A stretch of 64,000 nt of DNA, from assembly GCA_024137785.1 (NCBI GenBank), contig JAHRHZ010000098.1:24048498-24112497 (forward strand). Direction: 5' to 3'. Numbering within the stretch: the first letter of the stretch is position 1; each line of letters opens with the position of its first letter. The notes under the pieces are model-generated. The model ran no database searches, was not told the origin of the DNA, and worked only from the letters and a program-made list of their open reading frames with translations. The position numbers were made by a program, and so were the translations under genes. Below are positions 13,000-26,919 of the stretch, piece after piece. The stretch comes from Ginglymostoma cirratum (lineage: Eukaryota).

Positions 13000-14900
13000 A
13001 GTTTACCAAAATCATGGAAGATCTTATCAATGTTATAGTACAAGCATATAAATAGTTAACCAATAAATTACCTATTTAATTTTAAGAGGAAAGGAACTTG
13101 GGATCAAAAGTAGCCAAGTAACCTGGTTGGAAGGCTGGTGTGTTTCATATTGCCATGGCAAAGTAGGCACAGGAAGCCATTTTTGAGATCAGGTTACAAG
13201 CTTCCCTAAAAATCTATAAATCTCTCAGGGAGGGATGCCATCATGCTGAACCTTCTTGTTCCATACAACAGGGGTCAACTGGGGGACCTTCTGCTTTTTC
13301 TTGAGCCTCTATAGTCTTCCTAACTTTCTTCTTCCAGAATCTGTCTTCTCAGGCTAACTTGCACCTAATTGCTTTAACTCTGGCTTTGTGATGTTTCCAG
13401 GTCTGCAAACTCTTTTTCAATTGCTTCTGTTGTCCTGGATTTCCATTAAAGTAACATGCTTTGTGGAGCCCATTCACTTTAGATTAATTAGACTTCACTT
13501 AGGTCTAGCTTTCACAGCCTGTGATCTGTGCTTTTTAATGTAAATTTCCCTTGCCCACCAGAGATTTCAATATAACTCATGGACCCGCTGATGTTCTTTT
13601 ACTTTCCGACAGATCCTTAACTCAAAACTGCTCCAACAGATCATTTGTCTGGGTCTGACTAGTACTCAAGTTTCATGGAGTTCCTAGCTCACAATCATTG
13701 CAGAGAGGCTCTTATAAAGTTTAAAATGATTTTTACCCAGTCTGTAGATGCAGCCTCAGAGAATCTTGCCACAGAGTGCTCTACTGCAGATTTCTTAGAA
13801 GAATCTTCCAACCCTCATAAATGTATGTTGCAGCTAAATGGAGTCTGCACCACTTACTATCATGTTGGAAGATGAATCCTCCCCACAGCGAATCATTATG
13901 TAAGATTCATCTGACAAATTTGCTACTAACATGTTGTTTCCAAGAAGGATCTGATTTAACCAGTGTGACGGAGGAAAGCCATTTTATAGCATAATAGGAG
14001 GAAACTCTTGATTTATCCAAGACATAGTGTGTTGACTTTCATTTTCCACTAGGGTCTTGAATTTCATGGCAGATAAAGGACAGACAGCCAAATTAGAAAC
14101 TAACACAACTTCCTCTTCATTATTAGCTCTTTAGTTCTTAGAAAACACACAAAATATTATCTAACTGTGTGACCAGAATCTACTTGCTACCCATGTGTAA
14201 TGATTATGGTTCACTCTGACAAGTTATCGTCTACACTGAGTTCTGAACTCAGGATCTTCTCTTCGTGAAGGTTGGTCTTGAGTTGCTGCTGTTGATTTCT
14301 CTGATGCACCTTCTTTTATCTATTTTTCCTAGTCTTCCAGACTATTCAATGTCATGACCCCCTTGCACAAGACTAATAGTTCTGAGCTCATTTGTCTAAG
14401 ATCCGTGTAAACAGGAGTCATCTGTATCCATGGTTGCTGTTATCAGTCTTAATTATCCCTTTTGGCAACCACAGAGGCCAAATAACCATTAGCGTAATCC
14501 ATTTGCTTCTGTCAGCAGGCTAGTTTTACTTCTTCCATTCACAGCAAGCTGATCTGGTGGTTATGTAAAGTTAGCATAATATCCCATTGTGCTTGCTAAG
14601 CTTCAACACTTGGCTACAGAACCACAGTTACCCATAAGATCATAAGTTTATTGCATGATAACATTGCATTGGTATGATGGACATTGTTACTGAGACTGAG
14701 GGAGATCTCAATACTAGGTCTTATTCCTTCAAGAGCTTGCTTAAATCAATGTCACATAATTGTAGTTGGTAGTATTCAATGAACTCCTCAACATGAACTA
14801 AAGTATTGTTTCTAAGCTGCTGCTTCTTAGTGAACTTAGTAACTCATCTGAAAATTCTTCACAAATGGTCAACTGCCTACACTTATGCAACTGTGATCAT
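13000..14900 (-). mobile_element. Heavily decayed LTR-retroelement/ERV-like fragment (integrase and downstream region)
   Basis: Minus-strand IWPLWLPKGIIKTDNSNH (~14430-14490) resembles the integrase 'GxPxxIxxDNG' motif. It is followed by KKVHQRNQQQQLKTNL..ELSVDD. The similarity is weak. Confidence 0.3.
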
Positions 14901-15550
14901 GAACCCCTCAAGATCTAACAATTATGTGATACGGAGGATTCACAGGAGTTGATATAAGTAGATTGAAATTTGAAAAGCTGAGAATCAACAGTCTTAGATT
15001 GGAATTAAACAAATGATGAGTATTTTGTAAGTGAAATGAAAAGTTGCCATGACTTTAAAATATTCTAGGATGCGACTGATAGATAGTTTTACAGAAAAGA
15101 TAGGGTGCTATGTGGAGACAGCCATAATGGGAACTAAGAATTGCATGATGGAAAATATGAGTGGGTCATCGATAAGCTTCTTAAAGAGGTACAAATGGAA
15201 CAATTAAGTTAGAAACAGTCTAAAATAAGTTTGCTTACTGTTCATTTCTGTGTACTTTATACTGGAGAGAAAAATAAAGAGCAACAGTTGTTGGTTAAAA
15301 TAAAACAGCAAAGGCAAGTGATGGCCAGCGGGTAGTGTTGTTGTCCCTCTCAATAAAATACATAATACAAGGAAAAAACTTTAATTAGACTCAACGCTGG
15401 AACTGGATATTGATTTACAGACAGAAAATGACAAATTTAGTGAGAAGTAAGGATATGAGAAAGACTTCTGTCTGAGTTTAGCTCAAATCAAACAGAAAAT
15501 GGGCATCAGCTGTGGCTGTTATCTCATAAACCGAGGCAGGTAAACCTGAG

Positions 15551-15670
15551 ATAAAAGGTACTGCAGATGCTGGAGAATCCGAGATAACAAGCATGGGGCT
15601 GGATGAACACAGCAGGTCAAGCAGCATCATAGGAGCAGGAAAACTTGACGTTTCGGGCCTAAACCCTTTT
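15551..15670 (-). mobile_element. PLE terminal-repeat insertion with a 14-bp TSD and a mutated hammerhead
   Basis: CAGGTAAACCTGAG at 15537-15550 and 15671-15684 (partly overlapping the element ends). The body matches the PLE end at 48080-48177. The minus strand reads CTGAAAAGGGTTTAGGCCCGAAACGTC. Confidence 0.9.
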
Positions 15671-16329
15671 CAGGTAAACCTGAGTTTTGTTGGAGTACAG
15701 TTGAGAGTACTTCCCTTACTGCTTCGTCTCTTCGACATAGTCAGATGAAGTCAGAGCACAATGTCACTTGAGATAGGGCAGGGACAGAGATATATGTTTA
15801 GGGGGGTGGGGGGACAGATGGTGGGTCAGGGAGTAGACTGTGAAGGACCCTCCAGCTACATTAGAAAAGAGGCCACAACCTGTTGCCTTTCCCACACCTT
15901 GGTGAAGTTAAAGAGGCCCCCAGTGAAAATCAGAATCTCTTCATGGAGAAATTCCACGGTTGTTACAATGAAATGATTCCTTATATTCAAGTCAAATCAT
16001 TGCTAAATAAGGGTTTTATTTGCAAACAAAGATTAAAAATTAGCTTGAGAAAGAATTTCAAAAGTTTGGAAGAATGTGACAAGAATCTGAAATGCTGTCA
16101 CTTCCTTTGCTGCAATGGTACAAGTTGTGAAAAGTTGTGATTTGTTCCTAAAACATGCAGATTAGCTGAATACCATTTTGGCAGACATCTAATTTGAACT
16201 CAGAATTTGGAAATTAAGGACAAAAGAAAGGGAGACAGTAGAAATTTGACAATATCTTGTTCTTTATGCTTATTTATTTTTAAGTTGGTCTTACACAATT
16301 CCTGAGAAACTTTAAGCTAGCTTGAATGT

Positions 16330-16540
16330 TTGGTTAGCTGAGTTGCCTGGACAGCTTGCTTACAATGCAGAGTAACACTAACAGTGTATGTTCAATTCCT
16401 GTAATGGATGAGGTTACTCTGAAGCTTGTGCCTTCTCAACCTTAGCCCTTGCCTGAAATAGGGTGATCTTCAGGTTAAACTCATCCCTAGTTGTCTCTCT
16501 CTTTAATGAGAAACAGTCCTATGAACCTCTGGGACTATCC
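16330..16540 (+). mobile_element. tRNA-derived SINE (distinct family)
   Basis: Head GGTTAGCTGAGTTG...GTTCAATTCC (A/B boxes) and body CTTCTCAACC...CAGGTTAAAC...TAATGAGA. Confidence 0.6.
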
Positions 16541-17344
16541 TCTGAGTCAACCCAGAAGAGAGAGGAATCAAGATGACATGAGTTCCAAAGATGTTAAGAT
16601 TTTTGCCATTTTATTTTTGCTCTAAACTTTGTGTAAAGCCCAGGCTTCCCCAACAGTATACTTCCCTGCTCCCCTTGACTATAAGACCTTTGTGAATACC
16701 CAGCTGGCACTGGGATCATTTCTTCAGGAAATTCCACTTCTGCCTGCCAGCTTGCTGCTACTTCCTTGCAGGTGTCCCTGACTGGGCTAATGCAGATGAA
16801 ATCTGCAAATCAAAATTATCCAAGCCTCAGATGTTAAGCTTGAGGCAATTTGTTGCCAATTTGACCCTATCCACATGACTGCCATTTCAAGTTTAAGTCA
16901 GGACTTTAAGCTTTCCCAATATTAAGTGCACATCCTCTTCCTTAGGTACAATTTATTGCAAGATGGTACAGGGTCAGAAGCCAAGCAAAGATTTGCTCCA
17001 ATTCAGGTGCTGTCAAGATTTTTAAAAACTGTTCCTTTCCTCCAAGCTGTTGTTCTATCTAGTGTGAAGTCACACGAACTAGACCCAACACACTGCGACA
17101 GTCAATAATCCAGGCAGATGCCTTCTTTTTGTTTACATATCATCTATTCTATCTGCTATGCAGTGCTTCTCTTCTGCCCTGGACAACAGCTCATTGTGAA
17201 AACATTAATGTTGATTGTAACATACTGCACAACAGTGCCACAAGAGAGGTTAGCACGGAGACCTTCTCTGAACAAACTAACTCTAGAGAGAGAGGAAACC
17301 TGAGCCTTGACAGTAATTAATGAATAAGCACAGCTCTGCACATT

Positions 17345-17625
17345 GTCTGCAACAATTCAGCCAGCTCATCAACTCTCTTGTGTGACCAGTCGATAATTAG
17401 CCAACTACACTTGTAGAATTTCATGCTAACTCACTATTGCTCTTTTGCAATTATATGCTAATGCACCATCACCTCTTGTATGATCTCACATTAATTCACA
17501 AGGTTTTTCAAACCTGGTAGATCAGCCATAATCTTATTGAATGGCAGAGCATGCTTAAAGGGTTGAAGGGCCTACTCCTGCTGTCAGTTTTTATGTTTAT
17601 TCTCACACTAACTCAGCAATTACAG
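17345..17625. repeat. Degenerate ~32-bp minisatellite (left part)
   Basis: Units resembling TTAACTCAKCAACTCYYCTGTGTAATCTCACA at 17361, 17426, 17458, 17491 and ~17608. Confidence 0.55.
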
Positions 17626-17629
17626 CTAA

Positions 17630-19190
17630 AAGAAAGGCTAAGGTAGTAGTTTAATGTACTTGGATATTCAAAAGGCATTTGACAATCAAGTGCACAGCAG
17701 GCTCATGGCGAAGGTAATTCCATATGGAGTTAGGGGATAAGCTGTAAAATGCACAGCGAGCTGACTACAAAAAGAACACAGGGGTTTACGATGTTGGCAA
17801 AGGTAGCCCACTGTGTAAGTGTTTCATTTTGTAGTGACAGGCGCTGGGATCACTACCTTCTCCCCTTTAACCCAGAACAAATGTACTCCAGAATTGGAAA
17901 TATAATCTCAAATTTTGAGGATTACATTAAATCCATCACTAATATAACAAGAGGAATGTGACAAAATATAGAGGGCAAGGCATTATGAAATACAGAGATA
18001 TTTGTTTATTTGGTAAATGAACTGTATTGTGTAAGATTGGAGCACTGGTGTCAGCAAAATGTATTATAAATAACTGTGCAAAAAGAACTGCAGATGTTGT
18101 AAATCAGAAACAAAAACAGAATTTGCTGGGAAATCTCAGCAGATGTCTGCTTGTGCACATGTGCATGCGCGTGCTTTTCTCTTACAGGAAAGTCTGAACA
18201 GATTAGGTCTTTAGGAATATGAAAGGATTTACTAAGGTATACATAAGTAAGAAGTTTCCATCTGTGGATTTGGCAGAGAGACTTGAACTTGGGCAATGGG
18301 AATAAGATGGTCTGTAATAAGTTTAATAGAGAATCTAGGAGGATTGTTGTTATCTACAGAATGGTTAGAATATAGAAGTGATAGCCATATAATGTAGTTG
18401 AGGTGGTTAGCATAGAGTGGAACATAGGAACAGGTGTAGGCCATTCAGCCCCTCAAGAATGTTCCACCATTCATGGCTGATCTGAGGCCTAACTCCATAT
18501 CCCTGCCTTTGGCCCATATCCCTTAATACCCTTGATTAGCAAAAATTTATTTATTTCAGATGTAAAACTAACAACTGATCTAGCTTCAACTGCTACTTGC
18601 GGAATGAAGTTCCAATCTCTACCACTCTTTCTGCAGAAATGTGCTTTCTAACATCTCTCCTGAATGGCCTTCCCCTAATTTTTAGGCTCTACTTCCTCGT
18701 TCTAGAATCCCCAACCAATGGAAATAGCTCATCCCTATCCACCTCGTCTTTTCCTGTTACCATCCTGAAGCCTTCAATCAGATCACCTCTTAACCTTCTA
18801 AATTCTACAGAAAATAGGCCTAATTTGTAGAATCTCTCCTCATAACTTGACCTCTGAAGTTGAGGTATAATTTCGTAAACCCGCATTGTATTCCCTCTAA
18901 GGCCAATATAAGGTGAGGTGCCCAGATTTGCTCACAGTACTCCAACTGCAATCTAACCAAGGTTTTGCGCAGCTGCAGCATGACTTCTGCATCCTTATAC
19001 TCCAGTCCTCTAGGTATAAATGGCCAGCATTCCATAGATATATTTAAGATGAAACTAGTTAAGCACATAAGGAAGATAGGTAAAGATAAATATGGTTAGA
19101 AGAATAAGAATGGGAGAAGATTTGAGTGACACATAAATATTGTTATGGTTTGAATTAATTGTCTCTGTATTGTAAATATTATGTAATGAT
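17630..19190 (+). mobile_element. Old decayed CR1 fragments hosting younger insertions
   Basis: YLDIQKAFD at ~17657 (CR1 RT motif) and a 3'-end-like segment at 19036-19190. Confidence 0.5.
18415..19035 (-). mobile_element. CR1 LINE 3' fragment
   Basis: ORFs 18820-19068 and 18689-18886 read RGLEYKDAEVMLQLRKTLVRLQLEYC and YEERFYKLGLFSVEFRRLRGDLIE. Confidence 0.9.
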
Positions 19191-19199
19191 ATACATATA

Positions 19200-19615
19200 A
19201 ATTCTCACTTTAATTTTCATGTGCAACCTCAGACTAACTGATCAACTTCACCATATAGTCTCACACCAGCTCACCATCTCCTCTGTATAATCTTATTTTA
19301 ACTCAGTAACTCCCCTATGTAATTCCATTGACAAATTGTTTTGTGTACATTTATATTAACTCATCAACCCCAGAATTATTTCTCATTAACTCAACTTCCC
19401 TTGTGTAATCTTTCATTAAGCAAACAGTGCCTCTGTATACTGTTGCTTTAATTTAGCAACTCCCACAATATAATTGTGCTCCAGATTGTCAAAAGCTCTG
19501 TGCAATCTTGAGGTCAGCCATCAACTCCACTGTCTATTCATGCATTAAAGCATCAATGTCCTTCCCTTGGTTAGCTTGCATTAACTTACCAGCTCTTTCT
19601 TTCAATCTGTCAAAA
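19200..19615. repeat. Degenerate ~32-bp minisatellite (right part)
   Basis: Units at 19266, 19298, 19356, 19386, 19448 and 19581, e.g. TTAACTCAGTAACTCCCCTATGTAAT. Confidence 0.65.
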
Positions 19616-20929
19616 TTCCAGATGAATGCTCACTTTGTAATGATCACATTTATAAGAAAAAAACCCTGGAAATTGGTTATCATTTGGTTTGATAGGTTAT
19701 AATCCTTTAAAGAACAGATTGCGTGGAAAAATTAAGACTGAGAAAATACACAGCAGTTTTCCAAAGATGTGTTGAATTGCCAAGAAAAACACAATCCTTA
19801 CTGCATGAACTGACATAAGCGAAAATGGTGAAATAGCTATACTAAACAGGTAAGTTAATGATTCTCCACCATTTATACTATATACAATTTAGACTGTAAC
19901 TCAGGATTAATTAAGGTAAATATGAGTTAATGGACAAATTGTGGTTAAATATCCCTGCAGTTCTTTAATGGTTGACATGGTCAAGATAGATTAGAATTTA
20001 GTGACATTGTGGGTCACCAAATCTCATTAAAATCTCTTCAAACGGATTAGAATTCTTCACTTTAAAGGATCTAGTTTTGGATCAGCTTCAAACCCTTTCT
20101 GACTTGTGCTGCCTCAAAAACTGCTCATGCCTTGGTTCAATTTCTTCTCCTGAGACCAAAATCTCTAGGAGTCCTGTGACTGTTCCAAGCAACTGATTAT
20201 TGGCATAATTTCAACTTTTATCAAACAGCAAGCTTCACTGAGCTGCAACTGAGTTTCTCTAATCTCTAAACTTTCTCAGTTACATGACAAAAGTACAGTT
20301 TGTGGGTTTCCTTCAACCTATTCTTATTGTGCTGAACAATCACTAACTCCCAGAGTCTTCTTTTCCCCAGCTGACTGGAGTCTGCTAAACAGCAACATTT
20401 GCGCTGCTGGAAGCCACTTCTTCGTTTCATCACACTCCCAGCTTTAAGATGCAACTAATTCAAAAACACATCTCCAGCTCAGAAAAGCCCACCTGCTGTT
20501 TCTGAATCTACGTTTCTAGCCCCCTTAGCACAAAAGGACTCCAACCTTTTAAGCGTAACAGACTGCCATTTGCATCCACTGCATTCATCCCATTTTCTAC
20601 AGTTAAACTTTAACTTCAAAAACCAAATGCTATATTCTGACTAGAATGCATGGATCATGAACTATGTATTCACAAAAAGCCTCACATTGATTTGGGTTTT
20701 GCAGGACAAGTAGTGGGACTATTAGTGCTCACTGCTGTTGCACAGTACAGTGGACAGCAATTTCCACCATCCATATGTGCACTATTAAATATGAAAATCA
20801 GGAATTTGTTGTCTAATTTGTCCTGCACCTTTACCACACAGACACCTTGTGAAGAATTTGATATTCAAATACATGAGAGGTGTGAAGCCATGCTATTTGC
20901 CTATTTGACACTCATTAAACATGCCAAAA

Positions 20930-21425
20930 GTTATGATGTGGCAGTGCTGGTGATGGATTGGACTGGACAAGATCAGAAGTCACACAACACCAGGTTATGG
21001 TCCAACAGGTTTATTTGAAATCACAAGCTTTTGGAGTACTGCTCCTTCATCAGGTGGAGTGAAGAATAGCACACAGGCACAGTATTTAAAGGTGGAGAAA
21101 TCAAAAGAGTGTACAAATGGTGAGTGGAGTGTCAACAGGCTGAATAATAAGTCTTCGCAGGTGATTAAAAGTCTCAGACAGTGTGAGTAAAGTGTCAACA
21201 AATGAATAACAAGTGAAGTGATGATCCTTAGATAACAAGGTGTAGAGCTGGATGAACACAGCAGGCAAGGCAGTGTCAGAGGAGCAGGAAGGCTGACGCT
21301 TCGGGTCTGGACACTTCTTCAGAAAAGGGTCCAGCAAAACTCCAGTAGCAGCAGTCCCTACTATCTCTAAGTGATGATCCTTATTCTGATTAATTGAGGC
21401 AGAGGGATGATTACAAAAAATTGGA
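20930..21425 (-). mobile_element. PLE-related fragment (second family) with hammerhead, hosting a younger insertion
   Basis: The minus strand at ~21025-21053 reads CTGATGA-A-GGAG-CAGTA-CTCC-AAAAGC (G12 mutated). Confidence 0.65.
21231..21368 (-). mobile_element. PLE terminal-repeat insertion with an inverted tail and 15-bp TSD
   Basis: AAGTGATGATCCTTA at 21216-21230 and 21369-21383. The body is on the minus strand and the terminal ctccag..gcagtccctactatctc is on the plus strand. Confidence 0.85.
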
Positions 21426-21959
21426 AGAAGTTATGGTCTTTCAACTATTAGCAAAATTTTAACAATACGTTTCATCTCAATTTTAGCGCACTATTTGTCT
21501 GTCACGCCAATTTACTTCTATAAGCATGGAGTCTCATTTTTATTGATGGTATAAAAACAAGACTGTCATTTTTATTTTGATTTTCTTTGTCTTTTGTATC
21601 ACTCTTCCTCTCAATTCAATTTTCTTTCTCTCTTATTTTGTATCCAGTATATGACTTTACATTGTGTTAAATGTTCTTTTTGACACTTTCTGGTTCAGAC
21701 CATGTGAATCAGTAAGGGATTCATCAGTTCACACCCCTGAGTAAACTTACAAGCACAGCCTTTCTTGCTGCGTAATCTCATCATAATAACCCATGAGCAC
21801 AGGAAACTGATTAGATGGTCTCATTTGTTTATTACTATTGAGCTGCTAGTTGTGGCTCCAAAGGAAACTCACTGGTCCGGGGACGTATTCACATCAGAAA
21901 TTCTGGGAAAGGAAAGGAACTGGGCTAGGGACAAAAGGGCACAGCAGCAGGTGTTGGTC

Positions 21960-23600
21960 ATTCAATTCTTTCAGCTGTTTTACCATTCTAGATCAGGCCT
22001 GGCCATCCGGCTCCACAGCATTTGGCTGTGCTATTCTCTTATCTCTTGATGTCATTGAATATCTAGAAAGCTATCAATCTCTGTCTTGAAAATACTTAAT
22101 GACTGAGCTTCCACAGTCCTCTGTTGTACTGAACTCTATAGATTCACTACCCTCTGAATAGAGAAATTCCACCCCACCTCAGTTCTAATTTGGCTTATCC
22201 TTTTTTCTTGGTAATGGTTCTGAAAGTGTTAATTTTTAAATTACACTGGGTCCACCTGGCATACAGTCTGTGGGTGGAGACAAGGGCCTTTACTGTAGCC
22301 TTTGAAGTGAGCTGTTTCCCAAGGTTCTAGTAATTATCCTTCATCAAATGCAGTTGTACTTATTGCTGCCATGCAATAAACCTTGTTATCTAACAGTAAT
22401 GGAATTATGTAGATACTCCAAAAGGTGTATCATTTTACTATTAATCACAAGGTAGGTTCAAGACAAAGCAAAGATGATGAAATGAGTAGCAGTGAATTAC
22501 TTCAATACCACAAACAGTTAGAGGCAACAAATATCACAAGATACCCAGATTGGTTATTTGGGAAAATACCACAATTCTGAGACTGTGTCCTTTGGTTTCA
22601 AATCACCCAGCCAAAGGAAATATCCTTTCTCCAACTACTTTGCGTAGCCCCTTAGGAATATTATAAGTTTCAGTGGACTCACCTCTCATTCATCTAAATT
22701 CTAGAAAAGACACAATTTCAATTTCTCCTTAAAGAACAGGTCCACCATCTCAGGAATTAGGCTGGATGCCATCTGCTGCACTCTTTCTATAGAAAACAAA
22801 TGCTTCTTAGGTAGAGGACCAGCACTTATTACTCCATGTGTGGTCTGACAAATGTCTATAAAATTGAGAAATACACCTTTTACTCTTGGACTTAAATCCT
22901 AATTGCTCGTTGCACCTTCATATTAGTGACATATGAATAAAGACACTCAAGTCCCTTTAGCCTCAACTCTTTCCAATCTCTCACCATTTAAAAAATGCCC
23001 AGCACCTCATTTCTTCCTAACAATGTACATACAGATCCACATTCTATTTTCACCTGCCATCTTCCTACCTGATCACTCAGCCTGTCGAAATCTCTTTGAA
23101 GCCTGTATGCATCCTGCTCACAGTTCACATTTCTACCTAGCTTTGTGTCATCTGCAAATTCAGAACTATTATGCTGGACTCCTCATTCAAATCACTGATA
23201 TTGATTGTGAACAGCTAGGGCTCAATATCTTTGTGGTACCCCACTAGTCACAACCTGCTAACCTGAGAATGACCCATTTACACCCACCTCAACTTTCTTT
23301 TAATTAAACAATCCTAAATCCATGCCTGTTATATTAGCCCCTAACACATGTGGTCTAACTTTGTCTATTACCTAGATTGTCAACTTCTAGTGGGGGACCT
23401 TTTCAAAAGCCTTCTGAAACTCCAAATACACAACAGCTGATAATTCCTCCTTATCTAAACTGTTAGTGGCATCCTCAAAAAACTGCAACAGGTTTGTCAT
23501 TCATTTTGAAAAAAGTCCAATCAGATCATTATTTTCTAACTGTCGAGTTATCACACTTCTTGTAATACATTTTAATTTTTTCCCTATTATTGAAGTCAGG
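21960..23600 (-). mobile_element. Old CR1 LINE fragments (RT region and 3' end)
   Basis: Minus strand reads LEFQKAFEKVP (~23395-23425), KFADDTKLGR (~23135-23165) and KDLSVFIH. Confidence 0.75.
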
Positions 23601-23604
23601 TTAA

Positions 23605-23970
23605 TGGTGTTACAGTGGCTCAGTGGTTAGCACTGTTTCCTCACTGCGCCAGGGACCTGCGTTTGGTTCCAGCCTTGGGTGACTGTCTGTGTGGAGTTTG
23701 TACATTCTCCCCTTGCCTGTGTAGGTTTCCTCGGAGAGCTCTGTTTTCCTCCCACAGTCTAAAAATGTGCAGGCTAGGTGTATTGGCCAGACTAATTTGC
23801 CCACAGTATTCAGGGGTGTGTAGATTATTTGGATTGGCCATGGGAAATGCAGAGTGCGGGGATAGGGTCGGAGGGTGGATCTGGGTGGAATGCTCTTCGC
23901 AGGGTCAGTGCAGACGCAATGGGCTGAAACTCCTGCTTCCACACTGTAGGATCCTATAATACTATGATTC
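23605..23970 (+). mobile_element. HE1-type V-SINE
   Basis: GTGGCTCAGTGGTTAGCACTG head, V-domain and CTATGATT tail. Confidence 0.9.
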
Positions 23971-24169
23971 CACTTCATTCTGCAGGCATCTGTAGAATCC
24001 AGCAAGGTGATCACCGCCACCAAATATTGTTAGTGCCGTGATGAAGTCAATTCCCAAGATGAAAGCAAAAGCAAATTACTGAAGATTCACTAAACAAATC
24101 CAGAGCCAGCCTGAATCGGTCTTGCTGATTTAGTTGCCAAACACTGTGAGATTATTGACTGCATCATAC

Positions 24170-24735
24170 TCAGCAAGTACAATCATAAGAGAATCAGGAC
24201 ATTCTGCCCATTGAGTGCACTCCATCTTTCAATGAGGTCATGACTGGCAACCCTCAACTCTACTTTTCTGCTTCATCCCCACAACCCTTGATTCTGAACC
24301 TGAACCTTGAATGTATTTGATGACCAAATATCAACAGCTCCCTGTGGTAAAGAAGTCCACATATTCACCACCCTGGATAAGTAAAAAAAACCCTCCACAT
24401 CTCTGCCTTAAACGATTGACTCCTTATGCTGAGATTATGTCCTCTGGTCCTAGAGTCTCCAATAAAGGAGGAACAGTAGTACACACCTAAAATAATATAA
24501 AACAAAAAAACTCTGGATGTTGGAAGTCCAAAACAAAAATCAGAAATTAATGGAGATATTCAGCATCTGTGGGGAGAAAGCAGAGTTAACATTCTGAAGA
24601 AGGGTCACTGGACTTGAAACATTAACTCTGTTTTCTCTCCACAAATGTTGCCAGACATTCCACATCTGCCCTGTCAAACTCCCTGAAGCTCTTAAATTTC
24701 AATAAAGTCTCCTCTCATTCTGCTAAACTCCAACT
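24170..24735 (-). mobile_element. CR1 3' fragment containing a fold-back PLE-derived insert (~24495-24657)
   Basis: Minus strand reads RTRGHNLSIR. The insert has inverted arms around CTGAAGA-A-GGGTC-ACTG-GACTT-GAAAC. Confidence 0.7.
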
Positions 24736-25842
24736 CATCTGCTGATGAATTTTACCAAGGTGAATTGAAATAGATGTTAGTTCTTTAATATTCCTAAATG
24801 GTGGGCAACACATTACTGACACGAATTAAGATGTGTCTACTCTGTTTTCCATGTATCACACAAAGGTCTTTGAGTAGTTTTGAATACCTTTCACCAACCA
24901 CCAACAATATCCAAGTCTTTAATTGTTGCTATCCATTTCTAAAGGTTATCACCATTTCCTATTTTTACTTATTGTTCTACAAGAGCATCCAAAAAGTCTT
25001 ATACAAACTTTAGAGGATGCGATCAGTGTCAAAAACTTCTTCAAAAGCTTTATGCTGTTGTTGCTAATTTCCCACATGTTTACAGCCTTCTAGTAGTCTC
25101 TAAAGTTGAACACAAGATGAACAATATCATTGCATCATGTTAATATTATTAGCATGTTTTGTATTGGTGAGTAACATGGTTGGTTTCTGATTGTTGGGAA
25201 TGCATAATTTTGCTCCTGGAATCCAAGCTGATCTCCCTAAATTAGTTAAGGCTAGATAATTATTGTATTTAACTAAAAGTTCAAGTGTTCAGCACATGAT
25301 TCCTGGTAGAATGCTAATGTTAAATATTCAGGGATTGGTAGTCTTCATACGGAAAGGCCAGCTATAGAAGGTGAAAATATTTGAGATACAGGTCCTCCAG
25401 CAAACCAGACTCCAAGTTTTTCACCTATACTAAACTCTATTGAAACCCTTTTTTCAACCAGCATGTATTGTTTGGAGTACAGCTCATGTACATTATTGAA
25501 ATTATGGCAAGTGCATGTAATTTATATAAAATCAGCAGCTTGATGACTCTTGTAGATTAGCTGTATACATCAGGATCCATGTGTTCAAAGCATATCCTGA
25601 TCATATTGTTACACTTTCCATGAAGAGCAAAAGTGGAAGAAAAATCTTCCCCAATAGCCCCAACCAAACAAGAGACTGGATAAGATTTCACTTTTCTAAA
25701 ATTTTTACTGTAACTATCAAACTGAAATCACCAAATTAAGGAGAAAGTAACCGGCAAATATAAGTCTTTAAACAGCTGCTACAAAAAAGATAGAATTGTC
25801 AAGTTGTTCACTCAGCATCAATCTCAGCCCAAAGTCTTTCAG

Positions 25843-25843
25843 C

Positions 25844-25881
<38 letters not shown>
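25843..25881. repeat. (CA)n microsatellite
   Basis: Read directly from the sequence. Confidence 0.95.
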
Positions 25882-25882
<1 letters not shown>

Positions 25883-26919
25883 GAGAGACTCAGACACAAT
25901 CTGAGCCCCATGCAGTGGGTGGCAGGTGGCGTCTTTGTGCTCAGATGCTCTGTACCAAATCAAGTGATCTGACAATGTGGATGGGAAGGCTGGGTGGGAG
26001 GCAGTCCCTGCCCCTGCCCCTGCATCTGCAGTCAACACCCATTTCCTAACTCTCACTCCATCCTGGTATCCCCAAGTAGCCTCACCTCCAGGAATCCAAC
26101 ATCAAGCACTGCTGAATGCCCAATGTTATTAGTAGCAGTAGCCCCTGCTCCTGGTGGTGCTGGCCTCTGATTGGTCTGACACTGCCCAGGTAAACATTGT
26201 ATTCTTACAAAATTGCGTCAAGTCTCCTGAAAACATTTGACAGACTGTAGAAGTGAGCTTTGCCTCAAACACTAAATTCTACCCAGTGAATGTAGGATGT
26301 GTAATTATTTCTGTACGGCTGCCATTGTTGTTGTATATGTTTGAGGATGTGGGATGATGTATAACAGTGACTATAGCTGCCTATGTGGAATTCTACATTC
26401 ATTTAACTGCCATTATTGACTCATTTTGAATATTCCTTTTGGGCATTTTGCCGTAGTTAAGTGATGCTGTTCTTTAATAACTTCTTAGATAAGGCTTGAA
26501 TCTACAGGCTGCTGTTCCATTTTGAAGGCATACAGTGTTGGCTGAAGAGATTTGTTCATAACATTTGGCAAGGTTGAAACATGAACTGTGGACAATGTAG
26601 TATCAGAGAGTGCCTGATCTTTCAATGTTTGAAAAAACCATGCACTCAGAACAGATTTAAGAAAATGTTCCATTACCCATCAATAGTCATCTTCCATCTT
26701 CATCAGCAGACAGAGCCACAAATGATAAGGCAACCTGGCAAACATTCAGTTTTATGAAAGATCGACACAAGGGCTGAGCGCTATAGCTTTTAGGGGGGAT
26801 GCCTGCAGTAATGCATTGACACTGGAATTGCTTTTATAAATCTGAATAATAACCTTGTCACTTAATAAATAAGAGGAAACAAATGAAAGGTGACAGCAGC
26901 AAAACAAAGAAAACGTATT

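Noticed and set aside
19694-19855. Strong donor CAG|GTAAGT with an upstream AG
   Set aside because: Stops in all three frames and no other evidence.
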